Assembly (NCBI GenBank): GCA_016207645.1
Contig: JACQPH010000075.1
Span: forward strand, 8,101-72,100
Length of the DNA stretch: 64,000 nucleotides
Origin: Elusimicrobiota bacterium
GTDB lineage: Bacteria > Elusimicrobiota > Elusimicrobia > Elusimicrobiales > UBA9959
Reading direction: 5' to 3'
Shown piece by piece: positions 18,571 to 27,785 of the stretch. The translations under genes and the position numbers were made by a program. The notes under the pieces are model-generated. The model searched no databases, was not told the origin of the DNA, and saw nothing but the letters and a program-made list of their open reading frames with translations. The first letter of the stretch is position 1, and every line of letters begins with the position of its first letter.

Positions 18571-18620
18571 GCCGGGGTCCCAGGATCCCGTTCCGGGAAA
18601 AACAGGAGAAACACAACACT

Positions 18621-19142
18621 ATGGTCTCACTCAACGATCTTAAGCCCCATTACGGTTCGGTCCGCAAGCGCAAGCGCCTCGGCACAGGCCAGGGCTCCGG
18701 CCACGGCCAGACCTCCACCCGCGGGCAGAAGGGCCAGCATTCCACTTCGGGCGGCACCAAGCCCGTCGGCTTCGAAGGCGGCCAGACGCCGCTGCTGCGC
18801 CGCATCCCCAAGAGCGGTTTCAGCAACGTCCAGTTCCGCCAGGAATACGAGTGGGTCAACCTCTCCTCCCTCGAGAAGAACTTCTCCGCCGGCGCCACTA
18901 TCACCCCCGCGGACATGCTCAGGCGCAGGCTGGTCAAGCACGACACGCTGGTGAAGGTCCTCGGCAACGGGGAAGTCACCAAGGCCCTTAACGTCGCCGC
19001 CCATTCCTTCTCGAAGGGCGCGGCCGAAAAGATCGCCAAGGCCGGCGGCAAGACCACCCTGCTCGTCGGGCCTAAAGCCGCCAAACAGGCCGGGGTCGAC
19101 GCCCGCGCCGCCGCCGGAAAAGCCGGAACGGACAAGAAATAA
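18621..19142 (+). CDS. rplO: 50S ribosomal protein L15
   Basis: LNDLKP...KRLGTGQGSGHGQTSTRGQKGQ; follows rpsE directly (no L30 gene). Confidence 0.95.
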   Translation: MVSLNDLKPHYGSVRKRKRLGTGQGSGHGQTSTRGQKGQHSTSGGTKPVGFEGGQTPLLRRIPKSGFSNVQFRQEYEWVNLSSLEKNFSAGATITPADMLRRRLVKHDTLVKVLGNGEVTKALNVAAHSFSKGAAEKIAKAGGKTTLLVGPKAAKQAGVDARAAAGKAGTDKK

Positions 19143-20470
19143 TGCAACAGATAACCGACATTTTTAAGATAGAGGATCTTAAAAAACGGATCTTCTTCGT
19201 GCTCGGGGCGCTCGCCGTCTACCGCCTCGGCGCGACTATCCCGATACCCGGCATCAACACCGCCGCGCTGCAGGCCATCTTCGAGGCGCAGAAGGGCTCG
19301 CTGCTGGGCTTCCTGGACATCTTCTCCGGCGGCGCGCTCAGCCGGTTCTCCATCTTCTCGATGGGCGTGATGCCCTACATCAACGCCTCCATCATCATGA
19401 GCCTGGTGCAGGGCGCGCATATCTTCCCGGTGCTCGACCGCCTGCAGAAAGAAGGCGAGAGCGGCCGCAAGAAGATCACGCAGTTCACGCGCCTGTTCAC
19501 CCTGTTCCTCGCGGCTTTCCAGTCGCTGGGCCTCACGATCGCGATGACCAAGATGCAGGCCGGCGGCGGCCCCACCATCGTGACCAACCCTACCCTGGGC
19601 TTCTATTTCGTGACCGTGCTCACGCTGGTCACCGGCACCATCTTCGTGATGTGGCTGGGCGAACAGATCACCGAGCGCGGCATCGGCAACGGCATCTCGC
19701 TGATCATCTTCGCCGGCATCGTGGACCGCCTCCCCGCGGCCGTGATGGACATGGTAAAACTGGTCCAGATAGACGAAATAAGCCTGCTCTCCGGCCTGCT
19801 GATCGTGGCCCTGGTGCTCGCGATCATCGGCTTCGTCATCTGGGTGGAGACCGCGCAGCGCAAGATCCCCGTGCAGTACGCGCAGCGCATGGTGGGCCGC
19901 AAGATGTACGGCGGCGCCTCCACCTTCCTGCCCCTGAAGGTCGACCAGAGCGGCGTCATCGCCGTCATCTTCGCGGTCTCGCTGATGAGCGTGCCCTATA
20001 CCATAGGCTCTTTCAACCCCAACGCGGCCTGGGCCCAGAAGCTGATGGCCCTGATGAACCACTCCAGCATCCTCTACCAGCTGGCTTACGTGGCGCTCAT
20101 CATCTTCTTCTGCTATTTCTACAACTCCGTCAGCATCAATCCGAAGGACCTGGCCGAGAACATGAAGAAATGGGGCGGCTTCATCCCCGGCATGCGGCCC
20201 GGCGAGCCGACGGCGCAGCACATCGAGTGGGTGATGAACCGCATAACCCTGGGCGGCGCGCTGTTCGTCTCCCTGATAGCCGTGCTGCCGGATTACCTGC
20301 GGGCCAAGTTCAACGTGCCTTTCTATTTCGGCGGCACCTCCCTGCTGATCGTGGTGGGCGTGGCGCTCGACACGATAGCCCAGACCGAGGCGCACCTGGT
20401 GATGCGCAACTACGAGGGGTTCTATAAGAACTCCAGGGTGAAAGGGCGCTGGTTCAACGTGGGAAGTTAG
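19142..20470 (+). CDS. secY: preprotein translocase subunit SecY
   Basis: 442 aa, 10-TM profile, GIMPYI-like SMGVMPYINASII motif. Confidence 0.97.
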   Translation: MQQITDIFKIEDLKKRIFFVLGALAVYRLGATIPIPGINTAALQAIFEAQKGSLLGFLDIFSGGALSRFSIFSMGVMPYINASIIMSLVQGAHIFPVLDRLQKEGESGRKKITQFTRLFTLFLAAFQSLGLTIAMTKMQAGGGPTIVTNPTLGFYFVTVLTLVTGTIFVMWLGEQITERGIGNGISLIIFAGIVDRLPAAVMDMVKLVQIDEISLLSGLLIVALVLAIIGFVIWVETAQRKIPVQYAQRMVGRKMYGGASTFLPLKVDQSGVIAVIFAVSLMSVPYTIGSFNPNAAWAQKLMALMNHSSILYQLAYVALIIFFCYFYNSVSINPKDLAENMKKWGGFIPGMRPGEPTAQHIEWVMNRITLGGALFVSLIAVLPDYLRAKFNVPFYFGGTSLLIVVGVALDTIAQTEAHLVMRNYEGFYKNSRVKGRWFNVGS

Positions 20471-20478
20471 AAGATGGT

Positions 20479-20530
20479 CGCCAGTAGCCAGTCGCCGGTG
20501 ACCTGGGTGGCTGGAAACTGGAAACCTTTT
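20479..20530 (+). repeat. heptamer-built hairpin with T-run (terminator-like) in the secY-adk spacer
   Basis: (CGCCAGT AGCCAGT CGCCGGT) at 20479-20499 pairs with (CTGGAAA CTGGAAA) region at 20510-20521, followed by CCTTTTT. Confidence 0.55.
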
Positions 20531-20541
20531 TCGGAAGCTAT

Positions 20542-21180
20542 ATGAATATTATTCTTCTGGGGTACCCTGGTTCCGGCAAGGGAACGCAGGCAAAGGTTCT
20601 TTCTCAAAAGCTGGGCATGTTCCACGTGTCCACCGGGGATATTTTCCGCGAGGAGCTCGCGAAGAAGACCCCGCTGGGGCAGGAAGTGGGCGGTTATCTC
20701 TCCGCCGGCCGCCTGGTCCCCGACAAGCTGGTGCTCGAAGTCCTCAAAGCGCGCCTGAACACGGAAACACGGGGCCTGCTTTTCGACGGCTTTCCCCGCA
20801 CCGTGGACCAGGCCGAAGGGCTGGACAACTGGTTCACCGCCCGCGGCCAGGCCATAGACGCCGTGATCTTCCTCAACGTGCCCGAGGAAGAGGTGGCCAG
20901 GCGCCTGGGCGCGCGGCGCACCTGCACCGGCTGCGCCAGGATCTACAACACCGTTACCTCGCCGCCGGCCAAGGAGAACGTCTGCGACGCCTGCGGCAAG
21001 CCGCTGGCGGTACGCGAGGACGATATGCCGGCGGTCGTGGCGCGGCGCATACAGGTTTACAAGGACCAGACGGAGCCGCTGCTGGCCTATTACCGCTCCT
21101 CCGGGAATTTTTACGAGGCCGACGGCGGGCTTCCGCCCGAGGCGGTGGCCGAAAAGGTCGCCGCGCTGGTCAAGCGCTGA
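20542..21180 (+). CDS. adk: adenylate kinase
   Basis: ILLGYPGSGKGTQA P-loop; Cys4 lid (CTGCARIY...CDACG). Confidence 0.96.
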   Translation: MNIILLGYPGSGKGTQAKVLSQKLGMFHVSTGDIFREELAKKTPLGQEVGGYLSAGRLVPDKLVLEVLKARLNTETRGLLFDGFPRTVDQAEGLDNWFTARGQAIDAVIFLNVPEEEVARRLGARRTCTGCARIYNTVTSPPAKENVCDACGKPLAVREDDMPAVVARRIQVYKDQTEPLLAYYRSSGNFYEADGGLPPEAVAEKVAALVKR

Positions 21181-21183
21181 GCC

Positions 21184-21960
21184 GTGATAGAGATAAAGAC
21201 ACAGGCCGAGATCGAGCGCATGCGCAAGGCCTCGCAGGTGGTCGCCGGGGTCCTGCTCAGGCTCAGGTCCCGGGTGAAGCCCGGGGTTTCCACGGCGGAG
21301 CTGGACAGGTTCGCGGAGAAGAGCGTGCGCGAAATGGGCGCCGTCCCCGCCTTCCTCGGTTACCGCGGCTATCCCGCCACGCTCTGCGTCTCCATCAACG
21401 AGGAGATAGTGCACGGCATCCCCAGTTCCGGGCGGGTGATACGGGAAGGCGACCTGGTGAGCCTGGACATGGGCGCGGTCTGCGAAGGTTTTTACGGCGA
21501 CGCCGCCGTCACCATGGCGGCCGGGGAGGTCTCCGGCGCGGCGCGGAAGCTGATGGAAGTGACCGGCCGGGCGCTGGAACTGGCCCTCTCGGAAGTGAAG
21601 GCCGGCGCGAGGCTGGGCGACGTCTCCCACGCGGTGGAAAAGTGCGCGCTGGAACACGGCATGTCGGTGGTGCGCGAGTTCACCGGCCACGGCATAGGCC
21701 GGCGGCTCCACGAGGAGCCCTCCATCCCGAACTTCGGCAAGCCCGGTTCGGGGCCGGTCCTGAAGGCCGGCATGACGCTGGCCATAGAGCCGATGCTCTG
21801 CCTGGGCAGGGCCGATGTGGTGATAAGGAACGACGGCTGGACGGCGGTTTCCGCGGACGGCAGCCTGGCGGCGCACTGCGAGCACACCGTGGCCGTTACG
21901 GAGAACGGCTGCGATATCCTGAGCGCGGCGCCCCGGCTGAAGAACGATAATTTAGTATAA
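21184..21960 (+). CDS. map: type I methionine aminopeptidase (GTG start)
   Basis: EIERMRKA..., FTGHGIG and HCEHTV motifs. Confidence 0.95.
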   Translation: MIEIKTQAEIERMRKASQVVAGVLLRLRSRVKPGVSTAELDRFAEKSVREMGAVPAFLGYRGYPATLCVSINEEIVHGIPSSGRVIREGDLVSLDMGAVCEGFYGDAAVTMAAGEVSGAARKLMEVTGRALELALSEVKAGARLGDVSHAVEKCALEHGMSVVREFTGHGIGRRLHEEPSIPNFGKPGSGPVLKAGMTLAIEPMLCLGRADVVIRNDGWTAVSADGSLAAHCEHTVAVTENGCDILSAAPRLKNDNLV

Positions 21961-21969
21961 TATACAAAT

Positions 21970-22191
21970 ATGTCAGAAAACAGCGAGAAAATAGAGATAG
22001 AGGGCATAGTGAAGGAATCACTCCCTAACGCCACTTTCAAGGTCGAGATCGCCCCGGGCAAGACCATACTCGGCATAATTTCCGGCAAGATGCGCATTCA
22101 CCACATCAAGATCCTGCCCGGCGACAAAGTAAAGCTCGAGCTGTCCCCGTACGATCTCAGCAAGGGCCGCATAGTTTACAGGGAAAAATAA
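21970..22191 (+). CDS. infA: translation initiation factor IF-1
   Basis: 73 aa S1-like, [16 protein letters not shown]. Confidence 0.96.
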   Translation: MSENSEKIEIEGIVKESLPNATFKVEIAPGKTILGIISGKMRIHHIKILPGDKVKLELSPYDLSKGRIVYREK

Positions 22192-22203
22192 GAGGTGTTT
22201 TAA

Positions 22204-22317
22204 ATGAAAGTAAGAGCCAGCGTAAAGAAGATCTGTGTGAAATGCACGATAGTGAAGCGCAAGGGCGTGGTGCGCGTGATCTGTTCCGACCCCCGCCACA
22301 AACAGCGCCAGGGATAA
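22204..22317 (+). CDS. rpmJ: 50S ribosomal protein L36
   Basis: Hand-translated [37 protein letters not shown]; too short for the ORF track; canonical position between infA and rpsM. Confidence 0.93.
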   Translation: MKVRASVKKICVKCTIVKRKGVVRVICSDPRHKQRQG

Positions 22318-22357
22318 AAGCCGGCGCGCGGTCGTTCCGATCAAAAGAGGAGAAAGT

Positions 22358-22759
22358 ATGGCACGTATAGCAGGTGTGGATTTACCCAGAGAGAAGAAGG
22401 TCGTCATAGCCCTCGCCTATGTCTACGGCATAGGGCGGCCGATGGCCCAAAAGATCCTTGAGGGCCTCAAGGCCCAGATCAACCCCGGACTCAGGGTGAA
22501 GGACCTGACCGAGGACCAGGTGGGTCTGCTCAACGCCTTCATCGCGAAGGAGTTCAAGGTGGAGGGCGAGCTCCGCAGGGAGGTTTCCGCCAACCTGAAG
22601 CGCTACGTCGAGATCAACAGCTACCGCGGCTACAGGCACCGCAGGAACCTGCCCGTGCGCGGACAGCGCACCCGCACCAACGCCCGCACCCGCCGGGGCC
22701 GCAGACGGACCGTGGGGTCGTCGGCTAAAGCGGCCGCCGCCGCGCCCGCGAAGGCGTAA
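22358..22759 (+). CDS. rpsM: 30S ribosomal protein S13
   Basis: [16 protein letters not shown]-terminus. Confidence 0.97.
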   Translation: MARIAGVDLPREKKVVIALAYVYGIGRPMAQKILEGLKAQINPGLRVKDLTEDQVGLLNAFIAKEFKVEGELRREVSANLKRYVEINSYRGYRHRRNLPVRGQRTRTNARTRRGRRRTVGSSAKAAAAAPAKA

Positions 22760-22814
22760 CGGCTCACCCCCCCGCGAAGGCGGGGGGGAAAACTACGGAG
22801 GATGATCTAAGACT

Positions 22815-23246
22815 ATGGCAGAAGAAAACAAGACCCAGCAGCCCCAGGAAGGGGCCAGGAAACCCGAGCAGAAGGCCGCGCCCAAGCGCCGCTTCCGCAC
22901 CGTGGCGTTCGCCCGCGTGTACGTGAACTGCTCGTTCAACAATACGATAATCACCTTTACCGACGAGAAGGGCGGCGTCATCGCCTGGTCCACTTCCGGC
23001 GGCAACGGCTTCCGCGGCACCAAGAAGGGCACCCCCTTCGCGGCGCAGATCACCGCGGCCAAGGCCTCGGCCAAGGCCGCCGATTACGGCGTGCGGCAGG
23101 CCATGGTCTTCGTCAGCGGCCCCGGCCCGGGGCGCGAGACCGCCATCCGCGGCATCGCCCAGAGCGGCATCCACGTGGTGTCCATCAAGGACATCACCCC
23201 GATCCCGCACAACGGCTGCAGGCCGCCCAAGGCGCGCAGAGTATAA
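22815..23246 (+). CDS. rpsK: 30S ribosomal protein S11
   Basis: FNNTIITFTDEKG...GPGPGRE motifs. Confidence 0.96.
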   Translation: MAEENKTQQPQEGARKPEQKAAPKRRFRTVAFARVYVNCSFNNTIITFTDEKGGVIAWSTSGGNGFRGTKKGTPFAAQITAAKASAKAADYGVRQAMVFVSGPGPGRETAIRGIAQSGIHVVSIKDITPIPHNGCRPPKARRV

Positions 23247-23288
23247 CAACGGCGGCCGCGGCCGCCTAAACCAGCAAGGAGACTTTTA

Positions 23289-23927
23289 ATGTCGAGATAT
23301 ACCGGACCCAGCTGCAAGAAATGCGTGAAAGTGAGCCATAAGATGTTCCTCAAGGGAACGAAGTGCCATACCAACTGCCTGGTGGACAAAGCGCAGAGAG
23401 CCGAGAAGGAAAAGCGCTTTTCCTCGGGCAAGCGGCCGACCAAGCAGTCCGATTACGGCAAACACCTGCGCGAGAAGCAGATAGCCCGCCTGACCGCCCA
23501 GGTGACGGAAGCCCAGTTCAAGCGCTTCTTCGCCAAGGCCTCCAAGGACAAGGGCCAGACCGGCGCGGCCCTGCTGCGCTTCCTGGAAGTACGCCTCGAT
23601 AACGTCGTGCGGCGCCTCGGCTTCGCCGTGTCGCTCAAGGCCGCCCGCCAGCTCGTCAACCACGGCCATATCAGCGTGAACGGCCGCTGCGTGGACATCC
23701 CTTCCGCCATCCTCAAGCCCGGGGACGAAGTGGCCATAAACGCCAAGACCGCGGAGACCGTGCTGGTGAAGCAGGGACTGGAGCACGCCGAGAAGGCCAG
23801 CCAGCGCCCCAGCTTCCTGTCCTGGGACGCCGGCGCGAAGAAAGGCAAGCTCGTGCGCTGGCCGGACCGCGCCGAGTCGAGCATCTCCGTCGACGAGCAG
23901 CTCATCGTCGAATTCTATTCCAAATAA
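23289..23927 (+). CDS. rpsD: 30S ribosomal protein S4
   Basis: MSRYTGPSCKKC N-terminus; S4 domain LDNVVRRLGF. Confidence 0.96.
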   Translation: MSRYTGPSCKKCVKVSHKMFLKGTKCHTNCLVDKAQRAEKEKRFSSGKRPTKQSDYGKHLREKQIARLTAQVTEAQFKRFFAKASKDKGQTGAALLRFLEVRLDNVVRRLGFAVSLKAARQLVNHGHISVNGRCVDIPSAILKPGDEVAINAKTAETVLVKQGLEHAEKASQRPSFLSWDAGAKKGKLVRWPDRAESSISVDEQLIVEFYSK

Positions 23928-23939
23928 GCGAGGTCACCA

Positions 23940-24914
23940 ATGGCAACTTTCTCAAAACAGCTCGTTATTCCCGAAGCCCTTAACATAGACGACAAGTCGA
24001 AGACGGACAATTACTCCCGGTTCACCGCCGAGCCCTATGAAAAGGGCTACGGCCATACCGTGGGCAATTCGCTGCGCCGCATCCTGCTCTCCAGCCTGGA
24101 AGGCGCGGCCGTGGTGGCCGTGCGCATCAAGGGCGCCAGGCACGAATACGCCGCCGTCAACGGCGTGCAGGAGGACGTGGTCAACATCGTGCTGAACCTC
24201 AAGAAGCTGCGCGTGCGCCTCAAGGGCGAGGGCCCCGAGACCGTGCAGATCTCCGTGAAGGGCAAGAAGGAAGTGAAAGCTTCCGATATCCGCGAGAATT
24301 CCAACGTCGACATCATCAACAAGGACCTCGTCATCGCCCACGTGGAATCCGGCGCCGAGTTCGAGGCCGAGCTCGAGATCGCCCGCGGTTCCGGCTACCT
24401 CACCTCCGACGAGATCCGCGCCCGGATGAACCTCCCGATGGAATTCATCCCGATGGACGCCATCTTCTCCCCGATCCAGAAGGTCCACTACACCGTGGAG
24501 AACGCCCGCGTGGGCCAGCGCACCGACTACGACAAGCTCGTGCTCGAGGTCTGGACCGACGGGACGATGACCCCGAAGGACGCCGTCTCGAACACCGCGG
24601 CCCTGCTGCGCCGCTCCATAATGCCGTTCCTCCCCGCCGAAGAAGCGGCGAAGGAGCCGGCCAAGGCCGAGGAGGCCAAGAAGGAGGCCGGCGGCGAACT
24701 GACCGGGAAGCTGGACCAGGGCGTGGAGATGATAGAGCTCTCCTCGCGCGCTTCCAACTGTCTGAAAGTGGCCGGCATCCGCACGATCGGCGAACTGGTC
24801 CGCAAATCCGAGGACGATCTGCTGGCCGTGAAGAACTTCGGCCAGAAATCGCTCGACGAGATCAAGGAAAAGCTGAAGGAAATGGGCCTTGACCTCGGCA
24901 TGAAGATAGACTGA
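23940..24914 (+). CDS. rpoA: DNA-directed RNA polymerase subunit alpha
   Basis: GYGHTVGNSLRRILLSS motif; C-terminal LSSRASNCLK...NFGQKSLDEI helix-hairpin-helix. Confidence 0.97.
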   Translation: MATFSKQLVIPEALNIDDKSKTDNYSRFTAEPYEKGYGHTVGNSLRRILLSSLEGAAVVAVRIKGARHEYAAVNGVQEDVVNIVLNLKKLRVRLKGEGPETVQISVKGKKEVKASDIRENSNVDIINKDLVIAHVESGAEFEAELEIARGSGYLTSDEIRARMNLPMEFIPMDAIFSPIQKVHYTVENARVGQRTDYDKLVLEVWTDGTMTPKDAVSNTAALLRRSIMPFLPAEEAAKEPAKAEEAKKEAGGELTGKLDQGVEMIELSSRASNCLKVAGIRTIGELVRKSEDDLLAVKNFGQKSLDEIKEKLKEMGLDLGMKID

Positions 24915-24936
24915 GGATTATTTTTAAGGAACCGTT

Positions 24937-25278
24937 ATGATAAACAACCTGGGCGCCAGAAAACTTTCAAGGACCGGCTCTCACCGCCGCGCGATGTTCT
25001 CGAACATGGCCACGAGCCTGCTGCTGCACGAGCATGTCGAGACCACGCTGCCCAAGGCCAAGGAACTCGTGAAGGTGGCCGAGCGCGTGATCGCCGACGC
25101 CAAGAACGGCCGCCGCGTCGAAGTCCGCCGCGTCGTCAAGGATAAGACGGTCTATCACAAGGTCTTCGACGTCATAGCCCCGCGCTACAAAGAGCGCGAC
25201 GGCGGCTTCACCCGCATCCTCAAGCTGGGCGCCCGCAGGGGAGACGCGGCCGAAGCGGCCCTGGTGAAGCTGGTCTAA
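24937..25278 (+). CDS. rplQ: 50S ribosomal protein L17
   Basis: [25 protein letters not shown] motifs. Confidence 0.96.
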   Translation: MINNLGARKLSRTGSHRRAMFSNMATSLLLHEHVETTLPKAKELVKVAERVIADAKNGRRVEVRRVVKDKTVYHKVFDVIAPRYKERDGGFTRILKLGARRGDAAEAALVKLV

Positions 25279-25298
25279 ACCGTTCTTACGGGAGCGAA

Positions 25299-26342
25299 AT
25301 GGGACTGTTCGATTATTTTTTCAGCCTGTTCTCCAACGATATCGGGATCGATCTCGGCACCGCGAATACCCTTGTCTACGTCAAAGGCAAGGGTATCGTG
25401 CTGCGCGAGCCCTCGGTGGTCGCGATAGACAAGAACAGGCGGAAGGTGCTGGCCGTGGGCGCGGAGGCCAAGCTGATGCTCGGCCGCACCCCGTCGAACA
25501 TCGTGGCCGTGCGCCCGCTGCGGAACGGCGTGATCGCCGACTTCGAGCTGACGCAGGAGCTGATAAAATATTTCATCCGCAAGGTGCATAACAGGCGCAG
25601 CCTGCTGCACCCCCGCATCGTGATAGGCATACCGTCGGGTATAACGGAAGTGGAGAAGCGCGCGGTGCAGGAGTCCGCCGAGCAGGCGGGCGCCCGCGAG
25701 GTGCAGCTGATAGAGGAGCCGATGGCCGCCGCCATAGGCTCGGACCTGCCGGTGTCGGAGCCGCACGCGAGCATGATCTGCGACATCGGCGGCGGCACCA
25801 CCGAGGTGGCGGTCATCTCGCTGGGCGGCATGGTGGTGGCGAAGTCCATCGACGTGGCCGGGGACGAGATGGACGAGTGCATAGTGCAGTATTTCCGGCG
25901 CAAGCACAATTTAGTCATAGGCGAAACTACCGCGGAAGAGGTAAAGATACAGATCGGCTCGGTTTTCCCTTTAAAAGAAGAAAAGACCATTGAAGTTAAG
26001 GGCAGGGACCAGGCCAAGGGGCTGCCCAAGACGATTCTCGTGACTTCTGAAGAGATTAGGCAGGCCCTGATGGAGCCTGTCCAGCTGATAGTGGACGTGA
26101 TCAAGCAGGTGCTGGAGGCTACTCCGCCCGAACTTTCCTCGGACCTCGTGGACCGCGGGATGGTGCTGGCGGGGGGAGGTTCCCTCCTGCGCGGTTTCCC
26201 GGAGCTGATCCGGCAGGAAACCGAACTGCCCGTCCACAGGGCTGCCGATCCTTTGAGCTGCGTCGCCTTGGGCTGCGGGAAGTATCTTGAAGAGCTGGAC
26301 AAGATCCAGCGCCCCGAGTTCCTGAACTCCTACCGGAGTTAA
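25299..26342 (+). CDS. mreB: rod shape-determining protein MreB
   Basis: [14 protein letters not shown] and actin-fold motifs. Confidence 0.97.
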   Translation: MGLFDYFFSLFSNDIGIDLGTANTLVYVKGKGIVLREPSVVAIDKNRRKVLAVGAEAKLMLGRTPSNIVAVRPLRNGVIADFELTQELIKYFIRKVHNRRSLLHPRIVIGIPSGITEVEKRAVQESAEQAGAREVQLIEEPMAAAIGSDLPVSEPHASMICDIGGGTTEVAVISLGGMVVAKSIDVAGDEMDECIVQYFRRKHNLVIGETTAEEVKIQIGSVFPLKEEKTIEVKGRDQAKGLPKTILVTSEEIRQALMEPVQLIVDVIKQVLEATPPELSSDLVDRGMVLAGGGSLLRGFPELIRQETELPVHRAADPLSCVALGCGKYLEELDKIQRPEFLNSYRS

Positions 26343-26343
26343 T

Positions 26344-26438
26344 TCAGGGTAGAGGGTTTAGGGTAGAGGGTTTAGGGTATAGGGCAGGAGTTCCTTGGTT
26401 CCGCGAACTCTACCCTCTACCCTGACCCCTCTACCCTG
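26344..26438. repeat. AGGGTWK-heptamer hairpin (G-rich 5' arm, C-rich 3' arm) in the mreB-mreC spacer
   Basis: Six GGG tracts at exact 7-nt period (26347, 26354, 26361, 26368, 26375, 26382); complementary arm ctctaccctctaccctgacccctctaccctg at 26408-26438. Confidence 0.85.
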
Positions 26439-26448
26439 AGGCAAGGCG

Positions 26449-27306
26449 ATGAGCAGAGAAAAGGACGCAGCCAACTACGCGGTAGTTTTTTTCGCCGTCC
26501 TGTCGGTACTCCTCCTTATTTTCCCCGCTTCCAAGACGGCGCATACGGCCCGCATCGTGGCCAGCTACAGCCTTTACCCCTCGCTGCATTACGGCGCCAG
26601 GTACGGGCATTTCGTGCGCAACGTCCCCGCTAATTTCGTGGCCCTGCTGGAGACCGACCAGGAGAACCGCGCTCTCAGGAACAAGGTGAAGGAGCTGGAA
26701 GTGAAGCTGCTCGAAGCTTCCGCTTCGGTCTCGGAGAACGAGCGGCTGGCGAAGGAGCTGAAGCTTTCCCGCTCCCTGCCCTGGGCCGGCTCCTGGGCCA
26801 GGGTGGTCAACAAGACCCCGGCCGACTGGTACGGCTCCTTCTTCATAAACAAGGGCTCGGACGACGGCGTGGGGGTGAACGATACCGTGCTCGGCATGCA
26901 GGACGGCCGGCCCGGGCTGGCGGGCCGCGTGTTCGAGGTCTACCCGGAATTTTCCAAAGTGCTGCTGCTCACCAACGCCGCCGCTTCCGCGGTCTGCGCC
27001 ATAGCGCCGTCCGGGCTGGAGGCGCTGGTGGAGGGAAAGGGGACCTGGCTGCTGAAGGTGAACTACGTCCCGGAGCAGTCGGAACTGGCGGTGGGAGCCG
27101 AGATCACCACGGCCCCGGGCGGCCTGCTTTTCCCGGCGGGCGTGCCGGTGGGCAAGGTGACGAAGGTCTACCCCAGGGAGTCCTTCATGAACTTCATCAC
27201 CGCCGACGTGACCCCGGCGGTGGACGTGAACACCCTCAGCGAGGTCTTCGTGGTGAGGCGCCGCCTGCGGCCGGAGCTTATGGCCGAGGCGGGGGCGGAA
27301 CGCTGA
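26449..27306 (+). CDS. mreC: rod shape-determining protein MreC
   Basis: N-terminal TM, coiled-coil ENRALRNKVKELE, position after mreB. Confidence 0.9.
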   Translation: MSREKDAANYAVVFFAVLSVLLLIFPASKTAHTARIVASYSLYPSLHYGARYGHFVRNVPANFVALLETDQENRALRNKVKELEVKLLEASASVSENERLAKELKLSRSLPWAGSWARVVNKTPADWYGSFFINKGSDDGVGVNDTVLGMQDGRPGLAGRVFEVYPEFSKVLLLTNAAASAVCAIAPSGLEALVEGKGTWLLKVNYVPEQSELAVGAEITTAPGGLLFPAGVPVGKVTKVYPRESFMNFITADVTPAVDVNTLSEVFVVRRRLRPELMAEAGAER

Positions 27307-27785
27307 TGGCCTTCGTGCTGGAGCTCTTCCTTTACCTGGCCTCCGGTACTTTCTACTGGTGGTGGACGCAGAACCTCGCGTTCTTCGGCCTGGCGCCCAA
27401 TTTCATTTTCGCGGCCGCCCTGAGCGCGGCCATCCTCGCCGGGCCGGTCAAGGCCGTGGCCTGGGGCTTTTTCCTGGGGATCTACGCCGACATGCTGGGG
27501 GTCGGCATGTTCGGGGGCTACGCTCTCACCTATTCCCTGATGGCCTACGCCGTTTACGTCGTTAAGCGCCACTTCGACATGGACAGCTTTTTCTCGCAGC
27601 TGGTGGCCGCGCTTTCCCTCTCCTGGCTGGCCATGCTGTTCTACCAGGGGCTCACGCTGGTCTTCTCCAGGATAAACCCCACGGGGCTCAAGCTCTTCCT
27701 GGCGGAACCCTTCCTGAACGCGCTGGCCGTGCCGGCGGTGTTCCAGGTGTTCTACCGGCTCAAGCGCCGTACGGGCATCCTATGA
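27306..27785 (+). CDS. mreD: rod shape-determining protein MreD
   Basis: 159-aa polytopic membrane protein between mreC and mrdA. Confidence 0.8.
   Translation: MAFVLELFLYLASGTFYWWWTQNLAFFGLAPNFIFAAALSAAILAGPVKAVAWGFFLGIYADMLGVGMFGGYALTYSLMAYAVYVVKRHFDMDSFFSQLVAALSLSWLAMLFYQGLTLVFSRINPTGLKLFLAEPFLNALAVPAVFQVFYRLKRRTGIL

Noticed and set aside
22767-22788. CCCCCCCGC-GAAG-GCGGGGGGG hairpin after rpsM as a fourth copy of the palindromic element core
   Set aside because: It shares only the GAAG-loop C/G hairpin flavour. It has none of the flanking core (GAAACCCTTGCG...CGCAAGGG) or arms. It is probably a simple inter-cistronic stem-loop. The 12-nt direct repeat cccgcgaaggcg with the end of rpsM is noted.
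26344-26388. CRISPR-like array, considered because of the regular short repeats
   Set aside because: The period is 7 nt with no spacers, there are no cas genes, and the blocks occur as inverted pairs. These are tandem heptamers, not CRISPR.
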